Assembly: GCA_963666485.2 (NCBI GenBank) | Contig: CAXXUO010000001.1 | Coordinates: 64,001-128,000 of the forward strand | Reading direction: 5' to 3' | Length of the DNA stretch: 64,000 nucleotides | Source of the DNA: Syntrophorhabdaceae bacterium | GTDB taxonomy: Bacteria > Desulfobacterota > Syntrophorhabdia > Syntrophorhabdales > Syntrophorhabdaceae | Shown here: piece by piece, positions 1 through 8,640 of the stretch | Layout: each line of letters opens with the position of its first letter | Numbering within the stretch: the first letter of the stretch is position 1 | The notes under the pieces: generated by a model | Seen by the model: only the letters and a program-made list of their open reading frames with translations | Told to the model about the DNA's origin: nothing | The model's database searches: none | Translations under genes and position numbers: made by a program

Positions 1-686
1 TTGCTCCAGTCCCAGTAGGACGCGCATGCCACGATCCTTCCGTCGGCCTCAACAATAAGGATGTTATTGAGGCCGAACTCTGGAATGCTCCTGATATCGG
101 AAAGTAATTTTTCTACCGTTACGGGCTCATACAGGTCATAGCCCGTCCACATCCTGTTCAGGAGATCGCATACAGCGGCCGCGTCATCTGTGGTCATCGT
201 ACGTACTCTCTTTGAAGAGTTCAGGACAGGCATTTTCCGGTAGGTCAAAACGTACTCGACACACGGGCCCTTTAAGGCATCATAACCGGCCCTGCCGGCA
301 GCGCGCCTGTTCGCCTCATTATCCTGCATGATCAACCCGAAACCGATCCGCACCCCCCGGCTTTTGAGGAACTGTTCGCAATGCTCATACAGTTTGCGTA
401 CGATCCCCCGTCCCCGCAGCTGCGGCTCCACAAAGGCCTGAAAGATATACCCTGCTTTCTCCGGCCGGCCGCCGACAGTGGTATCAAGGATGGCACATGC
501 CACCGAACCGAGAATTCTCTCGCTGTCACAGGCCACGAACACCCTGCATTCCTGATATGCCCCGGTCCGGGAGAAGAAATCAGGTTCGTTCACCGTTACT
601 ATCTTGAGAGTGGTCCCCGCTACACACCGCGATTGTATATCCTGCAGCTCATGGCCATCGTCACGGCTCGCTTCCCGGATCATCAT
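1..686 (-). CDS. GNAT family N-acetyltransferase, probably two GNAT domains (3' end lies outside the window)
   Basis: Not in the ORF track. Manual translation from ATG 686 gives MMIREASRDDGHELQDIQSRC...YIFQAFVEPQLRGRGIVRKL (acetyl-CoA binding motif A), open to the window edge. GGGGG SD upstream. Confidence 0.8.
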   Translation of the reverse strand, partial: MMIREASRDDGHELQDIQSRCVAGTTLKIVTVNEPDFFSRTGAYQECRVFVACDSERILGSVACAILDTTVGGRPEKAGYIFQAFVEPQLRGRGIVRKLYEHCEQFLKSRGVRIGFGLIMQDNEANRRAAGRAGYDALKGPCVEYVLTYRKMPVLNSSKRVRTMTTDDAAAVCDLLNRMWTGYDLYEPVTVEKLLSDIRSIPEFGLNNILIVEADGRIVACASYWDWS

Positions 687-737
687 TGCTTTATACCCCC
701 TTAAATTACTCGTCAGACGCCGGGCGCGACGTCTATC

Positions 738-3524
738 CTAGAATTTGAACTGTAATCCCACCATGCCCGAATGCTGCGTCGTGTCACCGGAGAAATAACC
801 GTCATACGAGAGATTGATGTACAGGTGGTCCTTTGTCTTCAAGGTGATGCCAACCCCTGCTGCGAGCCTGTCACGATCGGGCCTGTCAGCATTCACGCTG
901 AACGCGGTCTGGGGATACCCCGTGAAGGACGCCCTCAGGGAATGATTGTCATTCGAGAACTCGTGGTCCCAGCGAACCCTGAGTTCGGGACTCAAGGTGC
1001 CGGCAGGGATCGTGTAATCCTTTCTGAGACGAACTCCGAGAGACGCCAGGTACGATGTCGTGGTCTCCTTGTCGGCGTCAAGGCTCAATGCCCCGGCACC
1101 GTCCTCACTGAAGCTGCCGCGGGTAAGGTAGGTTGCCTGAAAAGCCGCGAACGGAATAATGTCGGCATACCGCGTCACGAGCTTGTACCCGCCTTCCAGG
1201 TAGCCGGCGAAGAGGTGGCTGTTGTAGGACGCGTTCGCCGTACGCGCGATCGTCCCGAACGCCATGTCGCGCGACGTATCGTAGGTATTGTAGGAATATG
1301 AACCGATGCCGCCGGCATACCAGGGGCCTTTTGTATAGATGCCGTAGAGCGATCCCTGGTAGCTCGACATCCGTGCATCCTCGGAGAGGCCCTTGAGGTC
1401 CACCTTGCTGTATGCGTAGCCGACAGATGCACCGAGAAGCAACGAAGAGGTGATCTTCTTGTCGAAACCGAAGACGGCGCCTGCCGTGCTTGAATCATAC
1501 CGGGATGATATGTCGGTGGCGCGCCTCTCGCCCAGGCTTCCATAGGTATCTATCCAGAATCCCCAGGCGGGTGTGCCGGTGCCCGGCGTGGTGTTGTTCG
1601 CCGCCGCGAGGAGCCTCGTCTGTGCATCACTGCCTGTATCGCTCAGCGACGCGGTGAGAACGGGCTTTACGGCCAGCATGGCCGAAGGGCCGCCCGATAC
1701 GAAGCCTGCCATCCTCCTCGCCATCATGTCCCTGTACTGGTTGTACGACGAGAACGTGACGGCGGGCATGGCTGTATGAATGTAGCCGCCCATCTGGTCG
1801 TAGGCGTTGAGGGCCTGAGGTGCATTCATGGCGAGGACCATGTCGATGATGTTCCGCATGTCGCCCGTGGCGATGGCATACCCGCCTTCAAGCCCGCCGG
1901 CGACCGCGCACTGGTTCTCCGTCTCGCACACGGATTGGAGGGATTTACGGGTGAACGTGAGATCGACCGCCGTGGGCAGGTAGGTGAGATATGTGTCCGC
2001 CAGGAATGCAGACGTGTTCGTGAGGTTCGCGAATGCCCCGGTGACTCCCCCTGCGGCGGTGAGGATGGTGTACGTATATGGTTTGTTTGCCACGAAAAGG
2101 CCCGTCGGAAGGAGCTGGACCGTACCTCCTTTCAATGTGGCCATACCGGTGACCACCAGCCTGTCCGCCTGTGTCGGGCTCAACTCGACCTGCAGCGTGC
2201 TCCCGGGGTTCTGTGTGTAATTGCCGGCGATCGTGAGTGTCCCGATGGAATTGCCCGCGGCGACGGTGCCGTTGTTCTGCACGTTGTTGCCGGTATCCCC
2301 GGAGCCCGTGAAGAGCCCGTTATTGACAATGGTGCCTCCGCCGGCGATCGTCCCGTTATTGACAAGTGTGCCGGCATTGATCAGGGTCCCGCTGTTCGTC
2401 TGCGTATGGCCCGTGGGGTTCGTGAGCCTCGCATTGTTCTGCAGCGTGCCTCCGGCGTTCAGGTTCATGGTCCCGCCCGTTGCGCCGTCAAAGGTGAAGT
2501 CCCGACTCAGCACGAGTGTGCCGCCGTTGTTGTTATTGAATGTTCCGCCGGCGAAGTTGTAAGTGCTCCCCGCGGCGAGTTCCACTGTGCCCGCATTGTT
2601 GAACGTGCCGGCGTTGTTCAGGGTGCCGGTATTGATCAGGGTGCCGGAGTTATTGACGGTGGCGTTGTTCGTGAGCGTCCCCGAGTTATTGAAAGCGGCC
2701 CCGCCCTGGTTGGTAATTATGCCGAGGTTGTTTATCGTTCCCGCATTGTAGAAGGCGCCTCCGGCCTGGTTCCGGAGATTCATGCCGCTGCCGTTGTCGA
2801 TCACCCCCGGGGCGTTGTTGTAAAATGCCCCTTCATTCTGGATGCCATGGGTTGAACCAAACCATTGCTCTGTCGTCATGTAGCCGCTGTTACGGAAGAC
2901 GCCCCCCGCGTAATTCAGGATAATGCCGCTGTGATGTATCCAGCGGGCATTGTTCACGGTTTCGCCGTAATTGTAAAATACCCATCCGTCGTACGTGCCG
3001 TTGTTTATAAAAGAGGCGCCGCCTCTTACATAGGTGGTCGTTCCGTTCAAATAATACCCTCCGGCTTGATTGACGATGAGGCCGTAGTTGTCAACTATAC
3101 CCGCATTGTTGAAGGTCCCCGCATTGTTGAAGGTGGCGCCGGCCGCGTTATTGAAGCGGCCGTTGCCGTCGTCCATCGTTGCGCCGGCATTGTTATTCAC
3201 GACGGCTCCCGGGTTGTTGTTAAAGCGGATAAACTGGATAATATCGGTTACCGTCCCATTGTTGTTAAAGACGGCGTTGTTGTTAAAACTTCCCCACAAT
3301 TGCACGGTCCCGTTATTCGTGAAATCGATAGCATTATGACTTGTGACGGCCGGGGGATTATTGATATCTATGGGAGTGTCGATCACATTGCCGGCGGGGT
3401 TCGGGTTGGGCCCTATCTGGACAGATTGGGCGTGTAAGGCGAATATCGACGCAAAGAGCATCATACCTGCGAAAATACTGACCAGGGCAATTCTTGCCAG
3501 GCCGGCCATGTGCAACGTTTTCAT
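738..3524 (-). CDS. Autotransporter (type Va) with Asn/Gly-rich beta-helical passenger and C-terminal beta-barrel
   Basis: 928 aa. Signal peptide, many NNxGT/NNAG repeats, GTVAAGNSIGTLTIAGNYTQ linker, ~280-aa barrel ending in F (GLQFKF). Confidence 0.9.
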   Translation of the reverse strand: MKTLHMAGLARIALVSIFAGMMLFASIFALHAQSVQIGPNPNPAGNVIDTPIDINNPPAVTSHNAIDFTNNGTVQLWGSFNNNAVFNNNGTVTDIIQFIRFNNNPGAVVNNNAGATMDDGNGRFNNAAGATFNNAGTFNNAGIVDNYGLIVNQAGGYYLNGTTTYVRGGASFINNGTYDGWVFYNYGETVNNARWIHHSGIILNYAGGVFRNSGYMTTEQWFGSTHGIQNEGAFYNNAPGVIDNGSGMNLRNQAGGAFYNAGTINNLGIITNQGGAAFNNSGTLTNNATVNNSGTLINTGTLNNAGTFNNAGTVELAAGSTYNFAGGTFNNNNGGTLVLSRDFTFDGATGGTMNLNAGGTLQNNARLTNPTGHTQTNSGTLINAGTLVNNGTIAGGGTIVNNGLFTGSGDTGNNVQNNGTVAAGNSIGTLTIAGNYTQNPGSTLQVELSPTQADRLVVTGMATLKGGTVQLLPTGLFVANKPYTYTILTAAGGVTGAFANLTNTSAFLADTYLTYLPTAVDLTFTRKSLQSVCETENQCAVAGGLEGGYAIATGDMRNIIDMVLAMNAPQALNAYDQMGGYIHTAMPAVTFSSYNQYRDMMARRMAGFVSGGPSAMLAVKPVLTASLSDTGSDAQTRLLAAANNTTPGTGTPAWGFWIDTYGSLGERRATDISSRYDSSTAGAVFGFDKKITSSLLLGASVGYAYSKVDLKGLSEDARMSSYQGSLYGIYTKGPWYAGGIGSYSYNTYDTSRDMAFGTIARTANASYNSHLFAGYLEGGYKLVTRYADIIPFAAFQATYLTRGSFSEDGAGALSLDADKETTTSYLASLGVRLRKDYTIPAGTLSPELRVRWDHEFSNDNHSLRASFTGYPQTAFSVNADRPDRDRLAAGVGITLKTKDHLYINLSYDGYFSGDTTQHSGMVGLQFKF

Positions 3525-3536
3525 AATGTCCCCCCG

Positions 3537-3683
3537 TTATCTGTTTTTTTGTGAATTTCGCCTGTGGCGGCTGTCGTCCTCATCTCTTATGATGAAGAGG
3601 ATCTTGTTTCTCAATTGCAGTTGACGGGCACGATGACTGTCCACACAGATTCTTTGTTTGGTTGTAAGCATTACCAGGTACAT
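3537..3683 (-). CDS. Putative 48-aa small ORF directly upstream of the autotransporter
   Basis: AGGAGG SD 5 nt before ATG 3683. MYLVMLTTKQRICVDSHRARQLQLRNKILFIIRDEDDSRHRRNSQKNR*. The stop abuts the autotransporter SD. Confidence 0.4.
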   Translation of the reverse strand: MYLVMLTTKQRICVDSHRARQLQLRNKILFIIRDEDDSRHRRNSQKNR

Positions 3684-3959
3684 ACGAACCTCCTGTCGCG
3701 TGGTCTCCCCGTCAGCTGGTAACCGGCGGTGCTATGTGTGACAATGTTGTATCAGGCTGTATTACCGCAGACAATATAGGAGAGATACAGTGAAAATATA
3801 GGTATAAAACACGTATTCATAGAACCGGAGGAACGAGTCTATGTAACTTTTAAACTACTGATAATATAGGAGTTTTAATAATGTACCTTTTTTTCTTGGA
3901 ATATATGACCCGAAAATATATAGTATGGGAGATCATGGGAACGGATAAGGGACACTTCT

Positions 3960-4379
3960 ATGAAGGTACGTAATTTTCATCGGAGTTATTCGACGAAAGG
4001 TGCGGGCGACCTTATCAATATCACGTCCGACCTTATAAAAAACCTGGAAGGCTCGGGGTTTGCCGTTGGAAATATGACTGTATTCGTGCAGGGCTCTACC
4101 GCCGGCATCACGACATTTGAATATGAACCGGGGCTTATCGCGGATATGAGGGAATTTTACGAGGGCCTTATCCCGTCAAGCCGGGGCTATCACCACGATG
4201 AAACATGGGGAGATGCGAACGGTTTCAGTCATTTGCGGGCCACCCTCACGGGACAGTCACTCGTGGTCCCTTTTGAGGCGGGGACATTGCTTCTCGGGAC
4301 ATGGCAGCAAGTCGTACTGGCAGAATTCGACAACCGCCCCCGGAAAAGACTGGTCGTGTGCCAGCTGATCGGGGAATAG
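3960..4379 (+). CDS. yjbQ: YjbQ/UPF0047 family protein
   Basis: 139 aa with GSTAGITTFEYEPGL, NGFSHLRATL and LGTWQQV motifs. Confidence 0.9.
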   Translation: MKVRNFHRSYSTKGAGDLINITSDLIKNLEGSGFAVGNMTVFVQGSTAGITTFEYEPGLIADMREFYEGLIPSSRGYHHDETWGDANGFSHLRATLTGQSLVVPFEAGTLLLGTWQQVVLAEFDNRPRKRLVVCQLIGE

Positions 4380-4498
4380 GGTGTTTTTTTGCAGCTTTCG
4401 TTTCTCTTTTTTGTTTTACCAACCTTTGCAATCTATATATACTAAACCAAGGCTGACGCCCCGGATATCGACGGAGGGCAGGCCTATCCAGGTTTGAC

Positions 4499-4969
4499 AT
4501 GTCTCGCACACGTACAAAGATCATTCTTATTCTACTTAGCCTGATCGTCGCCGCTGCAATCGCGGGGTGCAAGAAGCCCGAACCCGCCCGGCTCATGGTC
4601 CAGGTCGAGGGCCAGCTATTCTCCGACGCTCTCTTGTGGATCGACGGCAAACAGGTCGGTAAACTGACGAAAACAGAGATAAATACTGACGGTCAATTGT
4701 TTATCGATAACAAGTACACCGTGACATTACCGCCGGGCCACAAGGATATCCCTTCCCAGGACCAGTGCACCGGCGCCCTTGATTCTCTCGAGCTGAAACC
4801 CGGGAAATATGTTATCCTCCTCCAGACCGAGGAAGGGAAATCATTACAGATCAATGCCCGCCTCGTCTCCGGCCTTAACACGATGGTGTATTATTCTGAT
4901 CAACAGGTCTTGAAATTGAACGACGCAAAAACGAAGGCCGCTCCGGGATCGACGGTAACATTACCGTAA
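4499..4969 (+). CDS. Hypothetical lipoprotein
   Basis: Signal peptide with lipobox (IAGC) and a beta-rich body. Confidence 0.7.
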   Translation: MSRTRTKIILILLSLIVAAAIAGCKKPEPARLMVQVEGQLFSDALLWIDGKQVGKLTKTEINTDGQLFIDNKYTVTLPPGHKDIPSQDQCTGALDSLELKPGKYVILLQTEEGKSLQINARLVSGLNTMVYYSDQQVLKLNDAKTKAAPGSTVTLP

Positions 4970-5039
4970 AACGTAAAACGCAAGACGCAAAAACAAGAGA
5001 CTCTTCTTCCGTTTTACGTTTTGCGTCTTGCGTTTTACG
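4964..5039. repeat. Inverted heptamer tandem repeats between convergent genes (possible bidirectional terminator)
   Basis: GTAAAAC GTAAAAC GCAAGAC GCAAAA followed by GTTTTAC GTTTTGC GTCTTGC GTTTTAC. Confidence 0.75.
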
Positions 5040-5045
5040 GTTTGT

Positions 5046-5498
5046 TTACCTTCTCATTCCCCCCGGATCGTGGGATACCGTGAAGATGAGGATGTTCTTG
5101 TCAGCGTTCCTCTTGTATTCAATATTCCTGGCGGCTCTTTTCATGATCTTTGTCGATGGTCTTTCCCCGCCGGCGAAGAAATCATCCGTTTCCGGGAATG
5201 TTCCCGCGAGGAGCATGTTGAAGGGTTCGCCGGTGTCCGTGATCGTGATATAGAGGGCGCCGTTATCGTGGATAAGGCATGCGATGCTTATCTCGGCCTG
5301 CCTGTCGCGGCATGCGAAGCGGATTATGTTGAGTGCCGCCTCTTCGGTTGCCCGCCCGAGGTCTTCGATGGTCTCGTCCCGGTACCCGCATTCGGTTGCC
5401 ATGTTCCGGACAAAAGCCGCAAGGTCGGGGATCGACGCCTCTTCGGCAGGACGGGTTATGATGTCGAGCGCCTGTTCGTGTTCAGTTTTCTTCGTCAT
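5046..5498 (-). CDS. ATP-binding protein, RsbW/anti-sigma-factor-like HATPase
   Basis: ATEEAALNIIRFA (N-box) and ITDTGEPFN (G1 box); the G2 box looks degenerate. Confidence 0.75.
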   Translation of the reverse strand: MTKKTEHEQALDIITRPAEEASIPDLAAFVRNMATECGYRDETIEDLGRATEEAALNIIRFACRDRQAEISIACLIHDNGALYITITDTGEPFNMLLAGTFPETDDFFAGGERPSTKIMKRAARNIEYKRNADKNILIFTVSHDPGGMRR

Positions 5499-5523
5499 GA
5501 CATACCTCGCAATTCATGGTTTG

Positions 5524-6720
5524 TTACCGGGAGAAGAAGCCGCCGGCGAAACTGACCGACGAGTGCCCGTCACTCCATTGATCATAATCGACAATTTCGG
5601 CCCGGGACCCCTCGAGCAGTTTTAGCTGGAAGAAAATGGGCGTAAGGCCGCAAATTCTCCGACGGTCGCCCTCTTCCCTGACCTCTTCGAAAAAACCCCC
5701 GGCGTCGACGTTCTTTATGTGACCGAGGAGCATCTCATCCTTTTTCCGTGACCTCTCCATCGTTACCGCATCGAGGGAATACCGGTCCCCGAATTGCGCC
5801 CCGATATGGGCGAGGTCGGCCCCCGCGACAATGCAGTGCGGTTTGCCGTACATATCGAGGACGGATCTCATGTTCTCCGTCAATTGCACGACCTCGTCAT
5901 TGTCGATCTTCTTTTCTCCTTCGATATATTCATGCATCGAACCGGTCAATACCGGCAATATCTCAAAGTCGTCCTGCATCATGAACTGTATGAGAGGGAG
6001 CTGCAGTTCTATGGAATGTTCATTCCTGTGAGGCCACTCCTCGATATACCCGTTCAAGAAAGCATTGCCCCTGATCAATTCCTTGAGCTTAGGGCCGATC
6101 GGGACCCGTTCGAGCGGCGTCTCGAAGTCTTTGAGGGATATGCTCCAGAGCCCCTCCGTGGGATGATGGCAGGTCCCGAAAATGACAAGCAGGGGCTTCG
6201 GCGAGCCCTTGAGGTACGGGTATATCCGGCGATACACCGACGCGCCCCGCGGGTAATCGATGTGAGGCGCCAGGATGCCCGAGATGTCGCCCGCCGTGCC
6301 GGTACTTTGAACACAACCGTCGAACATCCCGTCGAGGAAGTTCAGGAGCTCCATCCTGTTTGCCGCATAGCTCCTGCCTGCGCAATAAGCCGGCCTGACC
6401 GGCAGCCGTTCATAATCGTCATGAAGGGCCTTCACGTGGGCCACGTAGCGGTCATTGTAAAGGAACAGGTTCTGGTCAAGCGTTTTGACAAGGTTCTCGA
6501 TCTGCTCCATGTAGACCATCTCGCCCGAGAGGCGCATGAAAGCGGCCTGTATGTCGCGAAGTGTGTTCGTGCCGTCCATGAGCGATATCATAAAAGCGAC
6601 ATCGCGGGAAACGGCCAGGGCCTCCCGGGATATCCCTTCCGTATCCCTCAATATGACCAGCTGCTTCCCGTCTTTTTCGTAGGGAACTGCCTCGATGAAC
6701 CGTATCCTGGGTCTTTCCAT
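5524..6720 (-). CDS. amrB: AmmeMemoRadiSam system protein B (MEMO1 family) with N-terminal extension
   Basis: APHIDY, HRNEHSIELQLP, GADLAHIG and ICG motifs. Confidence 0.85.
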   Translation of the reverse strand: MERPRIRFIEAVPYEKDGKQLVILRDTEGISREALAVSRDVAFMISLMDGTNTLRDIQAAFMRLSGEMVYMEQIENLVKTLDQNLFLYNDRYVAHVKALHDDYERLPVRPAYCAGRSYAANRMELLNFLDGMFDGCVQSTGTAGDISGILAPHIDYPRGASVYRRIYPYLKGSPKPLLVIFGTCHHPTEGLWSISLKDFETPLERVPIGPKLKELIRGNAFLNGYIEEWPHRNEHSIELQLPLIQFMMQDDFEILPVLTGSMHEYIEGEKKIDNDEVVQLTENMRSVLDMYGKPHCIVAGADLAHIGAQFGDRYSLDAVTMERSRKKDEMLLGHIKNVDAGGFFEEVREEGDRRRICGLTPIFFQLKLLEGSRAEIVDYDQWSDGHSSVSFAGGFFSR

Positions 6721-6844
6721 CGCAAAGATATACCATAAACGGCCTCAAAAGGGGAAGTGGGGCAGCAAAGGGCCGTCCCGCCGTGCGGCCGTCCCGTTGA
6801 AAGGGTTGACATCATCATGATAAAATTTGAGAATACTAAATCGC

Positions 6845-7378
6845 ATGCCTGAGCGTTCTTTTCTCACCGAGATGGAAACAGTGACAGGGGTGGCCGTTTC
6901 CGGGTGCTATCAGTGTTTCCGCTGCACGAACGGATGTCCCGCTGCCCGGGATATGGACATCCTTCCCCACAGGCTGATCGGGTACATCATAGCGGGGGAA
7001 CGCGACCGTGTCCTTGGATCACAGTCGATCTGGGCCTGCCTGCAATGCGCCGCGTGCAGCATCCGGTGCCCGAACGGCATCGATGTTGCCCGCATCTTCT
7101 CGGCTTTGCAACGGATGTCCGTCGAATCGGGCAGGGCCGCATCAGCGGATATCCACGATTTCGATACCCTGTTTATCGAAAGTATCGCCCGGCATGGCCG
7201 GATGTATGAGCTTGGAACGGTGGCGCGATACCGCCTTCAGCGAAAAGAGCTTTTCAAGGACCTTCGTATGGGGTTCTCCATGATAAGGAAAAGGAGGATC
7301 GGCCTTTTTCCCCATAACGCGGCCGGCAGAAAACAGATACGTTCCCTTATGAAAAAAACGGGTATGAACGGCGAATGA
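6845..7378 (+). CDS. hdrC: Heterodisulfide reductase subunit C-like 4Fe-4S dicluster protein
   Basis: CYQCFRCTNGCP and CLQCAACSIRCP. Start could alternatively be TTG 6827. Confidence 0.88.
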   Translation: MPERSFLTEMETVTGVAVSGCYQCFRCTNGCPAARDMDILPHRLIGYIIAGERDRVLGSQSIWACLQCAACSIRCPNGIDVARIFSALQRMSVESGRAASADIHDFDTLFIESIARHGRMYELGTVARYRLQRKELFKDLRMGFSMIRKRRIGLFPHNAAGRKQIRSLMKKTGMNGE

Positions 7379-8241
7379 TCACGCTTTCCTACTATCCGGG
7401 CTGCTCCCTTGGATCGTCGAGCGACTTTTACGATGCCTCGTTGAAAAAGGTCCTGGACATCTATGGCGTGAGGCTCAAAGAATTGAGCGACTGGTCATGC
7501 TGCGGGGCTTCTGCGGCCCCGGCAGTCAGCGAAGAACTGGCAATCACGTTGAGCGCGCGGAACATTGCCGTCGCTGAAGAATCCGGCCTTCATCTCGTTG
7601 CCCCCTGTTCTGCGTGCTATGCGCGGACAAAAGCGGCCGCACTGAGAATTGCCGGGGACACCGAAACCCGGCACAGGGTGAATCGCGCACTCTTTCCCCT
7701 TTCCTGCAAAGGAAAGATCGAGGTCAGGAATATCATCGAGGTGTTCCTCGAATACATCGGCATCGAACGGATCGCAGGCTCCGTGGAGCATGACCTTGCT
7801 TCGATCCGCGCAGTCGCTTATTACGGATGCCTGCTCACGCGCATCGCAGGCATTCTCCCGTCCGATGATGTCGAAGACCCGACAGGGATGGACACCATCC
7901 TCAAGGCACTGGGGGTGACCGTCATTCCCTGGCAGTACAAGACGGAATGCTGCGGTGCGAGCGCAACGATAACGAAGGGCGAACGAACGGCGGAACTTTC
8001 GGGACGGCTCATCAGGGCGGCAGTGCACGCGGGAGCCAAGGCGATCATCACCACGTGCCCGTTATGCCAGCTCAACCTCGACCTTATGGTATTTCTTGGC
8101 AAGGATGTTGAACCTGTCCCCGTCCTCTTTCTTCCGGAAGTCTTCGAACTGGCCCTTCTCGGCGAAACGCCCGGCGCTGCGCGGCACATTGTGAACATTA
8201 AAGACCTTACGCGGGGTATAACCCGCTTAAAGAGGGCATAA
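7375..8241 (+). CDS. hdrB: Heterodisulfide reductase subunit B (two CCG domains)
   Basis: YYPGCS, WSCCG, CSACY, YYGC, ECCG and CPLC motifs. ATGA overlap with hdrC. Confidence 0.9.
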   Translation: MITLSYYPGCSLGSSSDFYDASLKKVLDIYGVRLKELSDWSCCGASAAPAVSEELAITLSARNIAVAEESGLHLVAPCSACYARTKAAALRIAGDTETRHRVNRALFPLSCKGKIEVRNIIEVFLEYIGIERIAGSVEHDLASIRAVAYYGCLLTRIAGILPSDDVEDPTGMDTILKALGVTVIPWQYKTECCGASATITKGERTAELSGRLIRAAVHAGAKAIITTCPLCQLNLDLMVFLGKDVEPVPVLFLPEVFELALLGETPGAARHIVNIKDLTRGITRLKRA

Positions 8242-8250
8242 GCGGCAGAC

Positions 8251-8640
8251 ATGCAGACACATGACGATAACGGGACCGATACCCGGCTCTCCATGATCGA
8301 GTTCGTCAGAACCTTCGACCCGGAGGGAGCCGAGAAACTCGAGAGGCTCCTTAAGAAACAGGACATCCTCATGAAAGGAAATGTCTACGGAGAGAGATTT
8401 ACCGCGCTGCAGTTCTCTCTGGTTTTTGACCCGCTTCTCAGACGCGCCGTCGAGAGGTCGCATATCCTCGAAAACCTTGGCCGCGGGCCGGCTACGGTAC
8501 CCGAGCTTGCCCGGGCCCTCGACCTGAAGCCAAATACCGTCTTCGACCACATAAAAGAGCTCGTGCGGCGCGACCGCGTGGAAATTGCCGGGTACGACGA
8601 CCGCGACGCCCGGTACAGGAGGAAAGAGACTGATCGATAG
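8251..8640 (+). CDS. Small winged helix-turn-helix-like protein inside the hdr operon
   Basis: GNVYGE segment, then ILENL..PATVPELARALDLKPNTVFDHIKELVRRDRV. Confidence 0.7.
   Translation: MQTHDDNGTDTRLSMIEFVRTFDPEGAEKLERLLKKQDILMKGNVYGERFTALQFSLVFDPLLRRAVERSHILENLGRGPATVPELARALDLKPNTVFDHIKELVRRDRVEIAGYDDRDARYRRKETDR

Noticed and set aside
2200..3350. Asn-rich (AAC/AAT) repeats in the autotransporter as a diversity-generating retroelement template
   Set aside because: No reverse transcriptase and no template/variable repeat pair differing at adenines. It is an ordinary beta-helix passenger.
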